Shown in pieces: positions 14,371 through 28,816 of a stretch of 64,000 bases of DNA. A program made the position numbers and the translations under genes. Below the pieces are notes generated by a model, which searched no databases, was not told the DNA's origin, and saw nothing but the letters and a program-made list of their open reading frames with translations. The first letter of the stretch is position 1; each line of letters starts with the position of its first letter. The DNA comes from Chrysomallon squamiferum (taxonomy: Eukaryota > Animalia > Mollusca): positions 6,014,001-6,078,000 of the forward strand of contig CM022673.1 in assembly GCA_012295275.1 (NCBI GenBank), written 5' to 3'.

Positions 14371-15594
14371 CTAGTTTGAGACACAACAATACAGCTAGAT
14401 TTATCACAGTAAACTGCATTATCATAACATTCCACATGTAAACTATGTTATAATGTTTTACATGTATACTATATTATAATAATATTTTACTTGAAAGTAT
14501 TATCATTAAGAGCAAACAAATAATTTTAAAACAACAATAATAGCATGCCACCAAACTTAACAGTAAATAAATAGAGTGTCATAGAGACATGAATATGTAT
14601 GTATCAAAAAAATAATTATTTTTTTTTTTTTTAAACTACATATCAGAAAATATTAAATAAATAAATAACAGCAACAATAAAAACAATAACAGCAACAATA
14701 AAAACAATAATTAATATTTAAAAAATGAAAACCAATATGCAAGAAGTACAAATATTAGATAAGAATATTTCTTGGACACTGAAGTTTAAAGTTACCCATT
14801 ATAACAATTTGTTGTCAGAGAAGTAAACAAATATAGAAAAAACATTTAATGAGAAATTTAGCTTAGTTACTGACTGCATCGGTTAAGTCAAATATACATA
14901 TCATTTCTGTTGGACATTTTTCATTTTTATTTAATTTTTTTTTTTTAATATGACTTATTTACTTCTTGCAAGAAGGACTTCAATTTTAAATCAGAATTTT
15001 TTTTTTAGAGTTTAACAATAAAATTATTTTAAAAATTAAAAAAGTACTCAATCAAGCCAAAATATAAAAATAATACCTTATATGTTGGAGAGGAAGAAAG
15101 GTGCATGGCATTTTATAAGTGAAATTCAAAGAAAGTATTTAGATACAAGTACGCAGATTTATTCAACCACATGTTCAATTGTGTTCACCTTTCAGAATCA
15201 GTACATGTGTTATATATCTCACTCATGTGTAAAACAAAATCATGTGCTCACAGCATTCTACTGAAAAATGCTGCACACTTTTCTTCCAGTGCAATAAACC
15301 GTTACTTTAACTAAGTTTAAGTAACAACAGAAGGTGCTATAAACAATACAGACATAAGAATACAACACAAATAAAGTCCTTTAAATAAGGATACACAAAA
15401 TAACATATTTTAAATACTTTAAATCAGACACAAATGAGACACTTTTAAAATTCTGACAGGACACAAATGGGATCCTTTAAACGGTTACACAAACTGGCCC
15501 TACCTGAACCACGTGATAGCTTTTAAAAAAAAAAGAAAAAAAGGAGAGAATGTAAAAATATATAATTACTGTAAAATTACAAATTGAAACTTAC

Positions 15595-15815
15595 TTGAGC
15601 AACTTTTTCTGACACATTATGCTTCATGTTGGCCATGCCTGGAAGAAAATTACTTTTTGCTGCTGCGACAACTCCATCCTTCTCCGGATGCTTTTTCGTG
15701 TCACCAGTCAGTTCGGACAAACTCTCCGTAAACGGCTTCATTCGATGTTTGGCGAGTTCAGAATCGCTGGATGCTTGATTCACAAAGTTTGATTTTATAT
15801 GGTTGGCTGTAGGAA
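15595..15815 (-). CDS. KCNH2: ERG channel proximal-domain exon, equivalent to hERG exon 5
   Basis: Acceptor ttttccacag|TTCCT and donor GCTCAA|gtaagt; 221 nt, phase 1-0. Encodes PTANHIKSNFVNQASSDSELAKHRMK...MKHNVSEKVAQ, compare hERG LLNSTSDSDLVRYR...THNVTEKVTQ, which is ERG-diagnostic. Confidence 0.95.
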
Positions 15816-16504
15816 CTGTGGAAAATTCAAAAAAAAAAAAAAAATTAATTTTAAAATTAAATCTAAAATGTCATATTTTTTTTAAACAGTTTTTATAACC
15901 AGAAAAGGTAGAAACATGCAAAGATAAAGATATATGTTTCAAATAAAATGTAATGTTTAACTAATAATTTCTCATGTGTTTTGTTTTAAATATATGCAAA
16001 TTCAGTTAAGTATTTTTCTGTTCAGTATAAATGTTAGAAATTCATTTTGACGTCATTTCAAACCATTTAACATATCATTTGAAATCAAGTTTTAAAACTG
16101 TTAATAGTTACAACTGCATATTGTTTTTGGAAAAAAAATTTATAGAAATCTGCAGGATAATATATAATAGAAATATAGGTTTATTTTATTTTATTTTATT
16201 TATTTTATTATTATTATTTTTAAAAAAGCTAATTTGAAAAATAGATTTATTATATTTTGAAAACTTCATTGTGATATTTAGCAAAAAATATGATTTGCAT
16301 AACTGAAAATGTAAAAGCATATGATTAGGAATAATATATCTAAAATTTGGGATTTAGCTGATTAATATTCAAGAACACTGAACTAAGATAAAACTGTAAG
16401 TCCATGACATTAATTATCTGAAGTCCAGTAATGTGTAAATATTAGTTTTATGTCTGAAAGTCCTAGATTTTAGGACTAATTAATAAATATGTGTTATGCC
16501 TACA

Positions 16505-17350
16505 TACTACTGTTTCAGTTGACTAATGATTATCCTACTGTTTCATTTTAATAATGATTATACTATTGTTTCAGTTTACTAATGATTATACACTTCTTTC
16601 AGTTTACTAATGATTGTACTATTGTTTCAATTTACTAATGATTATACTATTGTTTCAGTTTAATAATGATTGTACTATTGTTTCAGTTTAATAATGATTA
16701 TACTAATGTTTCAGTTTACTAATGATTGTACTATTGTTTCAGTTTACTAATGATTATACTATTGTTTCAATTTACTAATGATTATACTATTGTTTCAGTT
16801 TAATAATGATTATACTATTGTTTCAGTTTAATAATGATTATACTAATGTTTCAGTTTACTAATGATTGTACTATTGTTTCAATCTACTAATGATTGTACT
16901 GTTGTTTCAGTTTAACAATGATTATACTATTGTTTCAGTTTACTAATGATTATACTATTGTTTCAGTTTAACAATGATTATACTATTGTTTCAATTTACT
17001 AATGATTTTACTATTGTTTCAGTTTACTAATGATTATACTATTGTTTCAGTTTACTAATGATTATACTATTGTTTCAGTTTACTAATGATTATACTATTG
17101 TTTCAGTTTAATAATGATTATACTATTGTTTCAGTTTACTAATGATTATACTACTGTTTCAGTTTAATAATGATTGTACTATTGTTTCAGTTTAATAATG
17201 ATTGTACTATTGTTTCAGTTTAATAATGATTGTACTACTGTTTCAGTTTAATAATGATTGTACTATTGTTTCAGTTTAATAATGATGATACTATTGTTTC
17301 AGTTTAACAATGATGATCTATTGTTTCAATTTAATGATGATGATACTATT
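16505..17350. repeat. 28-bp minisatellite, about 30 copies
   Basis: Unit attgtttcagtttactaatgattatact, head-to-tail with a few variant positions and no spacers. Confidence 0.95.
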
Positions 17351-18871
17351 AAAGTCAATTTAAAGTGAAATCCAATTGTAGTTTACATAATTGAAAAAAC
17401 AAAATGGAGATGAAAAAAAAATTACTGGACTTTTGTATGAGTTGTCATTATTTGCCTAAAGAAAAGCAGAAGGATCAAGGTATACTTAAAAAGTATTAGG
17501 ACGTGCAGACTGTTAATTAAGCTAATTAAATACTGAAAATTATTAAACACTGCTGTGGAGAATATATTTCAGCATGTGTAAAATCATGTATTCATAATGT
17601 TCATAACAAGATAATTTTCTTAATTTCATTCCTATTCCCATTCAGTGAAAAAAATGTTTAAAAAAGGAAAAAAAGAAAAAATTCCTAGATTTGAGATGAA
17701 AAGCACAACCTCTGCTGAAGTTTTGTTATTTTCATTAATAAATAGTGATCATTAGCTATGACTTTTCATTTCATTGTTGGTGTTATTAAATATTATTTCT
17801 TCTGAATTTTTTAATTTTAAACTGAAATATAGCATCCCTACTTACTTTGTTTTCAATCTATTTATCTATTTTAATATTACTTCTTTTTTTTCATTCTTTT
17901 TTTTTTCACATTGTATAATTTAATAATAAAATATGTTATTTATATCTGTTTATTATTTAATTTGTTATAGTTAATAATACAATAATTAATACATTTTTTT
18001 AAGAGATATTTTTGTTTTGTTTCTAATAATGTAAACAAAATCCTAATAAACATAATAATTAAACACAAAATAAATGTTTAAATTTACTTGGAGGTAAAAA
18101 CATATGATTAAAAAACAAAAATCTCATAACAACGAAATATAAACAAAATTATGGCAGCAAAACAAATTATTGCAAAATAAAATTCAACAGCAAATTTGTT
18201 TTTTTTTTCCAAATAAAAAAAGTTAAAAAGCATCTAAAAGAAAAACTGAAAAGAACAATAACTGATTATTATTTATTATGGTAAGGGAAGTAACTGCTCC
18301 TCATAAAAGCAATACTATGATTATTTTTTTTTATTTTGTTGTTGTTGTTGTAGTTGTGTTATTATTATTATTATCATCATCATCATCATCATCATTTTGT
18401 CATTAAAAGTTCATATATTTTATTTACATTGTTCACAGTTATAGTTACTTTTAAAAAAAAATAAATATATATTTCTTTTATTTTTTTTTTTTTTGTGAAT
18501 ATTACAATAACAATTCAACTTTGGAGCTTTGTTTGGAACAGAAAAAAAAAAAAAAAACAAAGCCACAGGGAAGTGCATTAATTACAAAAAAAGGAAATAA
18601 TAATTTATAATTTACTTCTGTCATAAATGAAAATTCTTAAAATAAAATTAATAAATTATTATTAAATGAATAAGTAGCACTGTATTAATAATAATAATAA
18701 TAATAATAATAATGATAATAATAATAATAATAATAACAGTAATAATAATAAATTAATTAATTAGTTATTAGTTTCATAATGTTCAACAGTTCTCCATGCA
18801 ATTTGTTAATAAATGATGTTTCAAAAAAAAAACAGAACAAGTTATATGCAGTGAAATAAAAACCTGGTTAC

Positions 18872-18895
18872 CTTTTGTGTCAAACTTTCTGAAAT
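18872..18895 (-). CDS. Possible 24-nt microexon of ERG
   Basis: tgtgttgtcag|ATTTCAGAAAGTTTGACACAAAAG|gtaacc; phase 1-1, open, (Y/D)FRKFDTK. The acceptor is weak. Confidence 0.3.
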
Positions 18896-19227
18896 CTGAC
18901 AACACATTTCTGCTAATTCAAGTAGAACACAACAGGTGCAGTTTAGATACATACTTATATTGAAGAAAATTATAAAAATAATATACTAATGTTTTTTTTT
19001 ATAAATAGAAAAAGTACAACATAAAATATATCTTACATATCAATACAGAATCAGTTACCAAGTGGGTAGATACACAATTTCATAACATACATACATATGA
19101 ACACACACAAACATGCTACAGGATGTTATTTATTTATTTAGAAGCAGGTGAAAATCAAAGGAAGCATTTATAAAACTGACTAGTGGGCTTGGGTAGTTTA
19201 TATGTAACATTTTAATTGTTTTTATAC

Positions 19228-19270
<43 letters not shown>

Positions 19271-20682
19271 GTTAGTAAAATGTTAATATCATTAAAACAG
19301 AAATATATTAAATATATGTAGGCTACTACCATCTTTCAGATAAAACTATATTATTAACAGTTTTTCTTTCCTTTCATCAAAAACTATTCAGACTAAAAGA
19401 TCCTTTAAAAATTCAAATAAAATATAATAACAACAGAAAGTGAAAATTGTTTTCTTTATTTATTAAAGTGAAGTTAGTTGGTGGATTAGATGCAAAAGAT
19501 TCAATCATAATTTTTTTATTTTCATGTTTAAATAGATAAATTATTGAATTTCCCATAAAATATTTACATTTGGAAAGTATATAGGCCTACAACAAAGTTA
19601 AGGAAACTAAAAAGTAAGCTAAAAGCTGACTGGCTAAAATTCAACCAATCGTATTAATGTTTAATGGCAAGAGTTCTAACTGTTTGCGGGTAGTTGGTAA
19701 AAATAATAATGTAAGCTAAATAGTTATTGGGTATATGAGACCAATCAAAACTGTAGTAATATAAAAAGAACTTGCTTATCAAAACTTTGATAACAGAAAT
19801 AATTATCCAATCAAAATAAAAGTTCATACATAAGAATGTTTTTAATTTATTTATAAAATACTAAGTTAATAATAAATTAAATATATATTTTCTTTATGTA
19901 CAGTAAAAAAAATATGTATATTGTTTATTTTAACAAAATGTTTAAATAAAAAAATTAAATGAAATAGAATAAATTGAAATAAAATAAAATGATTGAAAAT
20001 AATTGTTAATAAATAATTAAAATGAGTAATAATTATAATAATAAAAATAATAATAATAATAAAGAACAAAATGGAATAAAAATAAAGAAATAAAATAAAA
20101 TAAAATTGTTATAAATAATTAGTGAGCAGGAAGTAGTAAAGTTTTAAAATATTTCTTAGTAAAAGATTTAATCACGAGGTTTATAATAAAAATGCTACTC
20201 AGATTAGTGTTATTATTCTCCATTCAGACTTCCTTTTTATAACTCTATTAAATTTTATTTTTAAAAGTAGAAATGAAATTAAACCCAATAAAATCATGCA
20301 GATCCAGGTTTTAAAATTTTAAAATTTAAAAAATAAAAATTTATTTTATTAAAATTCTTTTTAAATTTAATTTTTATTAATAAATTCATATACTTCTTCT
20401 TCTTCATATTTTTTTTTTTTAATGTATTATTTCATTTTGGGTTTTTTATTTATTTTATCTTTTTTAAAATTTATGTATTGATTTGATTTGATTTTATATT
20501 TATTTTATTTTTTTAATTATTCCTTTTTTTTTATTAACTATGGTTAAAATATTATATTTGTACAATATAAGTTTTGTTCTTTTCTTTTTCTTTAATTTTT
20601 TTTTTTTTTTTTTGTTGTCCTTTTAACTGTTTAAACATTTGGAATATTCAAAACCAAAAGGATAATAATAATAATAATAATA

Positions 20683-20715
<33 letters not shown>

Positions 20716-21151
20716 CTTAGTCAGATGTTATTTTCTAAGCCTGGATCTGGCAGGAAATGACAAAACATCTGAATCAAAAACAAATTGGTTTGCAATCTTG
20801 TTGTTGGTTTCTTTGTCTTGAATTTGAGTGAAATCTTAAAGCTTATTGTCTTTAGCTAAATTTTCACCAAAATGCCATCATTATTATGGACATCACATAT
20901 ATGAGTTTTCTTGCCTTAATAAATCTTACTTAGAAACATTGTCACATTTCCATAATTCAACCATTTTATTTTTTTATTATTTTTTAATTTAAAAAAAAGA
21001 AATTCACAACATTTCACGAAAAAAAACCAAACAAACAAAAAAAAAAACATTTCCACAAATGCATTCATGGATTATTATTATTATTATTTCACAAACATTT
21101 CCACAAAATCATCTGAAAATTAATGTCAAAGCCACAACATTTCCACAAAAC

Positions 21152-21184
<33 letters not shown>

Positions 21185-21281
21185 ATAATTCACAACAATT
21201 CCACAAATTTGACATTTTATTTTTCATGACAAACATTTTAACACATCAACAGGATTACAATAACCAATATTTTTCTCCTTC

Positions 21282-21313
<32 letters not shown>

Positions 21314-21392
21314 CAACTGACCACCATATAAGGATAAACAGTATATAGATAGAAGTTACCATAAAAACAACATACCCAGCCCATCTACTCAC

Positions 21393-21443
21393 ATGAATCT
21401 AACGTGTGCGCGCGTGGACGACCATTTGGTAATGAAAGAAAAG
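21393..21443 (-). CDS. KCNH2: 51-nt mini-exon of the ERG N-terminal linker
   Basis: Acceptor tattttttgttccag|CTTTT and donor GATTCAT|gtgagt; phase 1-1, open in the gene frame: (A)FLSLPNGRPRAHTLDS; CpG-rich patch in an AT-rich intron. Confidence 0.78.
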
Positions 21444-23977
21444 CTGGAACAAAAAATAGACGTGATGCTGCTAAAACTACTCTAATATACATCTGTGTCA
21501 AATAAAGCAATGCTAACACGTAAAACTGCCAGGTCTTTATTTTGAAACAGTCACTTGAAAGTGATGTTTTTTCATTTTATAGAACCAATGAGTGATAAAT
21601 GTCACAATATAATTATGTGCAAAGAATTTTTGTTTTTGTGTCAAAAGGTTCAGGAATGCTTGATACAGACAAATTATCTTATATATCAGTTTTACAGCTG
21701 TTTATTTTTAATGGACTTATTCAGAATTAAAAAAATCTTTGCTGCTGGTTTTTTGAAGCACTAGTTTCAGTAAATGTGTATGTAAAAATATTGTAGAAAG
21801 GGAAATAACTCCAGGGATCTTCTACATACAAACCTTTTTAATGTAAGAAAATTCAAAAAGATTTTTTTTTTTTTAATTAACTAATGGAATAAATATTTTC
21901 AAAAAGATTTAATATTAAGTTTAATTTTTATCTCCTTCAAATTTAATTTATTTATTTATTAATTTATTTAAATCATTTATTTGTTAATACTATGTGGTTT
22001 TGAAATATTTTTGTTTTTAACATTTGTGAATGTAAAAGACATAGCAGTTTTAAAAAAAAAAAAAAATCTAAATATAATACAGTAAGTATATAAATAAAAT
22101 TTCACTAACACAACATGTAAACAATTCTAGATAGAATAATAATAGTGTAAGTGTAAAAATTAAAATAAAATATTACTAACACAACATTTAAAAATGTCTA
22201 AATATAGTAATAATAATGAAAGTGTAAACATTGTAAAATAAAATATTACAACAATAACATTTAAAAATATGAAATATAAAAATAAGAAATAAAATTATAT
22301 TAGAACAGTAACAAAGATCTTACAACAATATAAGTATATCAAAATAAATAAAATAACATTAAAAAAAACATTTATAAAAATTATATAACCCATCAAATTT
22401 TAATAATCTTTGTATGAAATAAAAAAATAAAAATAATACTAACACAATATTCATGAAGATTATAAACTTTATATACATGAGAAATATATTTATGAAAAAA
22501 AAACTGAATCAGTGGTATAGAGAGAGCTAAATAAAAACATCATTTTTCATTTTTAAATTGTTTCTTAAAAATGAAGGCAGACATCTTGAAATGGCATCTC
22601 AAAATAAACATTACAGTTCTCCAGTAAAAAATATGTTATTACAATGTAAAGTACAAAAAAAAACCAAAACCCACAGAAAAAAAAAAAAAAAAAAAAAAAA
22701 CACCCCTCAAAAGAAATAAAATATATTTTAAATTAAACTTCATATATATATATAATAAAAAATTGTAACTATTAGTTGATCAAAAACAACATTTAAACAG
22801 TTAAATATTTCACGAATTTATACAAGAAAGACAAAAGAAACTGAATAATAACAGTAAAACATAAAAATATACAGAAATATGCACAAGGTGAATGAAATAT
22901 ATCAAAACAAAGCAATATGCACAGAAAAAAGAAGATGAACAACATAGAATTTTTAATATTACATAGATGGAGAAAAATAAAACTATTTTTGTTACTAACA
23001 TTTTTAATTACTTACATTATTAATATTAATAATAATAATATTACTTTTATATGTTATTAATATGTTCATAAAGCCATTAATATTAATATTATTCTATTAT
23101 AATTATTAACTATAATACCTTATTAATAATATTATTTAAATTGTTATAATACTGTTATCATTTTTAATAACATTATAATTTCTTGTAATATTAAATGAAG
23201 CAAATTATTTTTGTTGCTATGATTATTACTTTTAGAATTTTTTTTTTTTTTTTTTTTAAATATAATAATTATAATAAAAACTGTGTCATATGAAACTAAC
23301 ATTTTAAAATAAGATGATTTTTATGTTTTTGATTTTTAAAAAATTTCAAATATTATTATTTTTATCTCGACCTGTTAAAAAATTTGGCTATATTTTAAAG
23401 TAATTTTTCTTCCTTATATAATTTAATAGATTATTTTTCAAAATTAATATTTGATAAAATAATTTTTTTTAATTTAAAACATAAATGTAACATTAACAGT
23501 AATGTTGTTTTTCTAATAAAACAGACTTTAAAGAGGTTGTGGAAAAAAAGAACAAAACAAATCATAAAAATATTTTAAACACATCAGACTCATGGATTCA
23601 CATACCAGCCAACTTCCAAGTAAGACTGTAATATATACTTTTTCAGTCTGGGAAGATACACAAAATTAATATTTTTAGAACTGATAAAATTAAAACAAAT
23701 TTAACTTTTGTCTATATTCTCTAGTTTGTATAATTAAAAAAATTAAATATTTAAAATTGTTTGATATTTTGAACGAAACAGTTTTTATATATTGATTTTT
23801 TATGTAAGTTTTATTATTATTATTATTACCATTATTATTAATTTATAAGTTAATTAATTTTAAATATTATTGAGAATAATACCTGTCTGTACATTCTAAA
23901 ATAAAACTCAGTCTGTATATCCTATTTCTGGGAGAGAAAACTAAACAAATTGTTTGATAATATGTAAAATGTTGAAC

Positions 23978-24021
<44 letters not shown>

Positions 24022-25402
24022 ATGTCCAAAATGTAATTTTTTACTTATATTCTTTGGGAAATGGGTGATCATTAAAAAATGTAAATAAATTTACCAGCAG
24101 AAATACAACACTACAAAATAAAACTTGTAAAAAGTTAAAATGATTTGGAGAAATTAGTGCTCACAACTTTATGAAAATTCTGCAGCAAATTACCAAATTC
24201 TTGATTATCATAAAAAAAAAAAATGTTTACTTCTATTTATCATGTTTAAAATTAAATCTTCAGAGCTAAACATGAATGATTTTTTTTTTTTCATTACAAT
24301 GTGCAGAATAAAGAGTCTATTAAATAAACATAAAAATAAAATAATAAAAATCTTTTTACAATTTATTTGAATAAATAAACTAAAATACAAATTTCTATTA
24401 TTTAAATGAATAATCAAAATGAAAATATAAAAATTAAACATGTTTGAAGTGTGGAGGGTGGAAGCACTTTGAAATTAATGACTGATGGAAGATTCATTTT
24501 GGCTTGTTTTTTTTGGGGGGGGTCTTTTTTCTTTCTTTCTTTCTTTCTTTCTTTATTTATTTATTTATCTTGTTAATAATCTAAACAATTAAATAAATAA
24601 ATAAATAATGACCAAGAATGCCTATTCATCAATGACCAGGAATAAAAAAAAAGTAATAGTGTTGACAGTATAATTACCTATATATTCATATTAATTATGG
24701 TAAAATATATTTTTAAACAGAACTGGATGTTACTGTCCATTTCATAGAGAAATCCTCTTTTTTTTTGAGACAAATTTGTAAACTAAGACCAGTCTATCTT
24801 TTTACAACAAAGGTTTGTAAACGTGTCATATCACTCCATTTAGATGAAATTTAACAATAAACTGTGCAAAATAACAAAAGTGCAAAAAGTAATAAGTTAT
24901 CTAATAAGTTATCTATTCACATAACTGAAAAAAAATATTTAAATTAAAAAAATCCAAAAATTCAGTAACAAAAAGTTTACCCATCCAACACAAGTATTTT
25001 ATATAAATAATGAAACTATAAAAATAAATAAATAAACTGGTGATAATCTTAGAATAATGAATGAATGGACGAATGTTTAATGACACTCCAGCATGAAATA
25101 TTTTTAGCATAAAATACAAAATATCTCTTATCCAATAATAACAATAACAACAATAATAGCAATAATAATATTAATAACAATAATAATAATAATAACAATA
25201 ATAACAAATCAAAATAAACTTCTCCTCCAAAATCGACTGTTTTTTTTAATTTAATTTTTATTTTTATATAAACCAACTTGCAAAAATCTTTTACATTTTA
25301 AAATCAACCTTTTCCGAAGCCACCACATAACAAAACTGAATTACGATTCTCAAAAAACACTAACAATCTCACACTACTACACACAAGACAATGGAAACGT
25401 AC

Positions 25403-25765
25403 CACTATCCTGCCAGTACGAGTGACGATGATCGGCCTCGCCCGGTCCCTCCCGCTCGCAGTGACCCATGTTCACACTCGACACGCTGGCTCCGTCCGTC
25501 CGACTTTCTGTCACCTCGGTCTCGGGGATGAGCGACTTTCTGTCAGAGTGGTGGGGCGAGGAGGAGGAGGACAGCTGCTGCCTGGCGTCTGCCTCCTCCA
25601 GGGCTCCCATCTGGTTGAGGGGGACGGTCTCCTCGGGGATGGGTGGGTTCTCGGGGTCTGGAATGCGGTCGAAGGTCTTCGTGGATGAGTGGTCGAGAGA
25701 CCGCGACCGAGTGCGGATGTCGCGCCTGATCGACGGCAGACGCAGACGCAGACTTCGATGACGAT
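25403..25765 (-). CDS. KCNH2: ERG channel N-terminal linker exon, equivalent to hERG exon 4
   Basis: Long polypyrimidine tract ending ccttcaacag|ATCG and donor GATAGTG|gtacgt; 363 nt, phase 1-1; strongly GC-rich against AT-rich introns. Starts (N)RHRSLRLRLPSIRR (compare hERG RAKTFRLKLPALL) and ends HSYWQDS. Confidence 0.92.
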
Positions 25766-27039
25766 CTGTTGAAGGAAAAGGAAAAAAAAAAAAGAAAAAA
25801 AAAAGTTGGGGCCGGAAAAAATAAAAACACACACAACCTCACAGGTTGCTGCTGCTGCTGCTGTTGTAGATGATGGTGCTGATGTGGTTGATGAGGTGAA
25901 GTGAAGAATGATTGTTGTTGACGGGTGATACGTTTATTTTTAGAATTTTTTTTGTTCGTAAGTAGTGAGTTTTTTTTTCTCTTTCATTCTCTTTCTCATT
26001 CTTTCTGTCTCTCGTTTTCAGTTTTACATTCATTTTCCTTCATTCTATCTTTCTTTACCTAAGGCAACAATGTCCTTAGCTAAAAACATCTTACTTGTAC
26101 CTTGTCATCAGAACTTAATTCAACCAGAAATGTAATAACACTAATTAATTACAAAATGATATTTCATGACATTTTATTTTATTAATATTTACATTTTCTA
26201 CAAATTTGATTTTGAAATTTGTCTGCTTAACATTTTGTTAACTGCACATACATGTTAATTTTTTAAATAAATCTTAAACCAGATTATTATAATGTGGTTT
26301 CTGATAATAAAATAAGAAATTTCCTTTGAAAGCTGAATGTCAAATGATTAATTCTACTTCTTAAAGTCTTGAAATAAAACTTTACTATGACACTTTCTAA
26401 ACCTCAAGTTAGCTATAATACTAACAAATTTCGTATCAACTAATTTTCATAAATACTGCTCACAGTAACAGAACAAATGTTTAAAATAAATAAATAAATA
26501 AATAAAGAAAGAAAGAAAGAAAAATGCAAGTCAATTGTGAAACTGTTTGGGGAGATAACTGCTGAAGATTACTCTATGGCTCTGAATTGAAGAGTTACTG
26601 GCCTTCTATTTGAAATGTGTATTAAATTTCCTTTAAAGCCAACTGCTTATGATACAATTCTATCTCCTTTTTTTTAATTAACCTATTCCTTTACTTATTT
26701 ATTTTCTTCAGTCAGTGATCCTTCCATAAATACCAAATAGTGCAATATGTATATGCCTGCCTTTGGTAAAATGAAAATAAAAATAATACTGGTAATAGTA
26801 ATCCCACAAACTGGGCAGAAAAAAACTTTAAAAAAACTTTAACAACCATTATTTTATTTTCTGCATTAGTAAAAAATTTAAAATTCTAACTCGTGATTAG
26901 AAGTACATAACATTAAAACAAATTTTCTTATACTGACTAGCAAAACATATCTCACAAAATGGTTACCATGGGAACAAGAAGACTTTGTTATGCACATGTT
27001 ATAAATTTCCACACAGCAAACAAGTATGTATTTTTAATT

Positions 27040-27076
27040 ATATTTATTATTACATTTATTATTATTATTATTATTA

Positions 27077-27142
<66 letters not shown>
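27040..27142. repeat. (ATT)n microsatellite
   Basis: Trinucleotide run; many other (AAT/ATT)n runs, e.g. 4948-5000, 27754-27803, 31285-31358. Confidence 0.95.
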
Positions 27143-27143
<1 letters not shown>

Positions 27144-27750
27144 GTTAATAGATTTTCAAACACATTTCACAATTCTTAATGTTAAAATGCATACAACATT
27201 TAATAAAAATAGTATTAAAAATGTATATGTTCAAAAAAAGTGGTTAAGAAAAACAAAAAAGAAAAAAAAAACGTTTTAAAAGAGTTTTAAAGATATGAAA
27301 ATCAGCAGCAGTATTTTTAAAAGTGAGAAAGAGTAGTTTTCCTTGTCTGTTTATCTCATATTAATTAATGAATTTAATTTATTTATTTATTTTTAATTTC
27401 TTATTTGTTTGGTAACTTTTATATATTTATTTATTTATTCATTCATTCATTTATGTTTAAATATTCTCCCTTTATATAACTAATTACTAATTAAAATTAA
27501 TTAAAAAAGTAAATTATTATTATTATGTATCTCCTAAATAAAATTTACCTATTGTTATATTCACAATTTACCTAAATATATTTTCTATACTTTCAAGAGA
27601 GTGAAATTAGAAAGTTTTCTTTTAAAAATTGTATTAACAATAACATCTTGTTTATCAGATGTTCTGAAGTGATCAGAATATTTTTATATTTTAAATAATA
27701 AACAGATGGGATGCATATATAACATATATATTATTAATCAGAATTCACTT

Positions 27751-27806
<56 letters not shown>

Positions 27807-28004
27807 TTATTACATTTTCATTATTATTATTACTATTATTATCATATTATTATCATCATCAATCATCATCATGATCATGACATAAGCCATCTCCCAGAAT
27901 TTCAATACTAATCTAAATATATAGATACACACATACAGAGATATATATATATATATATGGATATATATTAAAAAGTTATATAAACCCACACACACCAAAC
28001 TTAC

Positions 28005-28145
28005 TGTTTTTAAAGTTTTTAATTTCTGGCTTTTGCATGGACACTGTGACTTCTGTGATATCTTCATAGTTGATGATGAACATGATGATTTCCCCACTCT
28101 CATTCTTGACTGGTGCCACCAAACAGCTGCACATGAATTTGGAAC
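28005..28145 (-). CDS. KCNH2: ERG channel PAC exon, equivalent to hERG exon 3
   Basis: Acceptor ttttttccttag|GTTCC and donor AAACA|gtaagt; 141 nt, phase 1-1. Encodes (G)SKFMCSCLVAPVKNESGEIIMFIINYEDITEVTVSMQKPEIKNFKN, compare hERG [28 protein letters not shown]. This frame is absent from the ORF track. Confidence 0.96.
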
Positions 28146-28404
28146 CTAAGGAAAAAAGAAAACAAAATATAATATTTTAAAACAAATGTGTGTGTTTTTG
28201 TGTGTGTGTATGTGTTTGTATGTGTATGAGTTTGTATGTGTGTTTTTGTGTGTGTGTGTGCATGTGCACATGTGTGTTTGTGTATATGTATTATTATTAT
28301 GTATCATGAATTTAAAAAATAAAATTAAAGTTATTAAAATGTTAAAAATCTATGTATGTATGTATGTTTTATGTATGTATGAAATATCAATTCAATATAA
28401 AAAT

Positions 28405-28530
28405 AAAGTTATGGTTATTAAAGATTTTCAATAACAGTATAAATGTGGAGAACCATTCCTGGGGTTACCATTACAGTTTGGGGTTACTCTTACCATTTGG
28501 CAGCAAGAATTCTTTTATTTCCCACCTTTT
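28405..28530 (-). mobile_element. Internal SINE fragment
   Basis: gggttactcttaccatttggcagcaagaattcttttatttcccacc resembles ggctattctttttcaaatagcagtaggtgatcttttatatgcaacc in the 48 kb copy. Confidence 0.4.
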
Positions 28531-28780
28531 TATTTTTAACAGGTTATTTTTAAAGAGCATTAATTTATTTGATTTTTGCATGATGAATGAATTTTGACAA
28601 TGAAAAGTAGAGTATTTAATGTCAGACTAATAATGCATGTTTTTATATCATATTCTTTGTCACACTGAACGAAAATATCAATTTAACAAAAACAAACAAA
28701 AAAAAACAGTTGGTGTATGTGGGGTTATTATAAAAAAAAATTATAAATAACAATGTTCAAATGAAATATACAATGAAGAG

Positions 28781-28816
<36 letters not shown>

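Noticed and set aside
16505-17350. 28-bp array as a CRISPR array
   Set aside because: Units are contiguous with no unique spacers, the context is a eukaryotic intron and there are no cas genes.
23606-23647. Possible small exon ending CTG|gtatgt
   Set aside because: The 42-nt version has an immediate TGA in the gene frame and the 20-nt version shifts the frame.
25422-25842. Overlapping + strand and alternative-frame ORFs over the GC-rich exon
   Set aside because: These are shadows of a GC-rich exon; only one frame fits both flanking splice phases and ERG homology.
25843-26033. Poly-Gln/His-looking stretch (HQHHHLQQQQQQQP) with donor-like |gtgagg just upstream of the linker exon
   Set aside because: The Gln frame ends in phase 0 and the ATG frame in phase 2. 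The required phase-1 frame has an upstream TAA and no ATG or acceptor, so at most it is a UTR exon.
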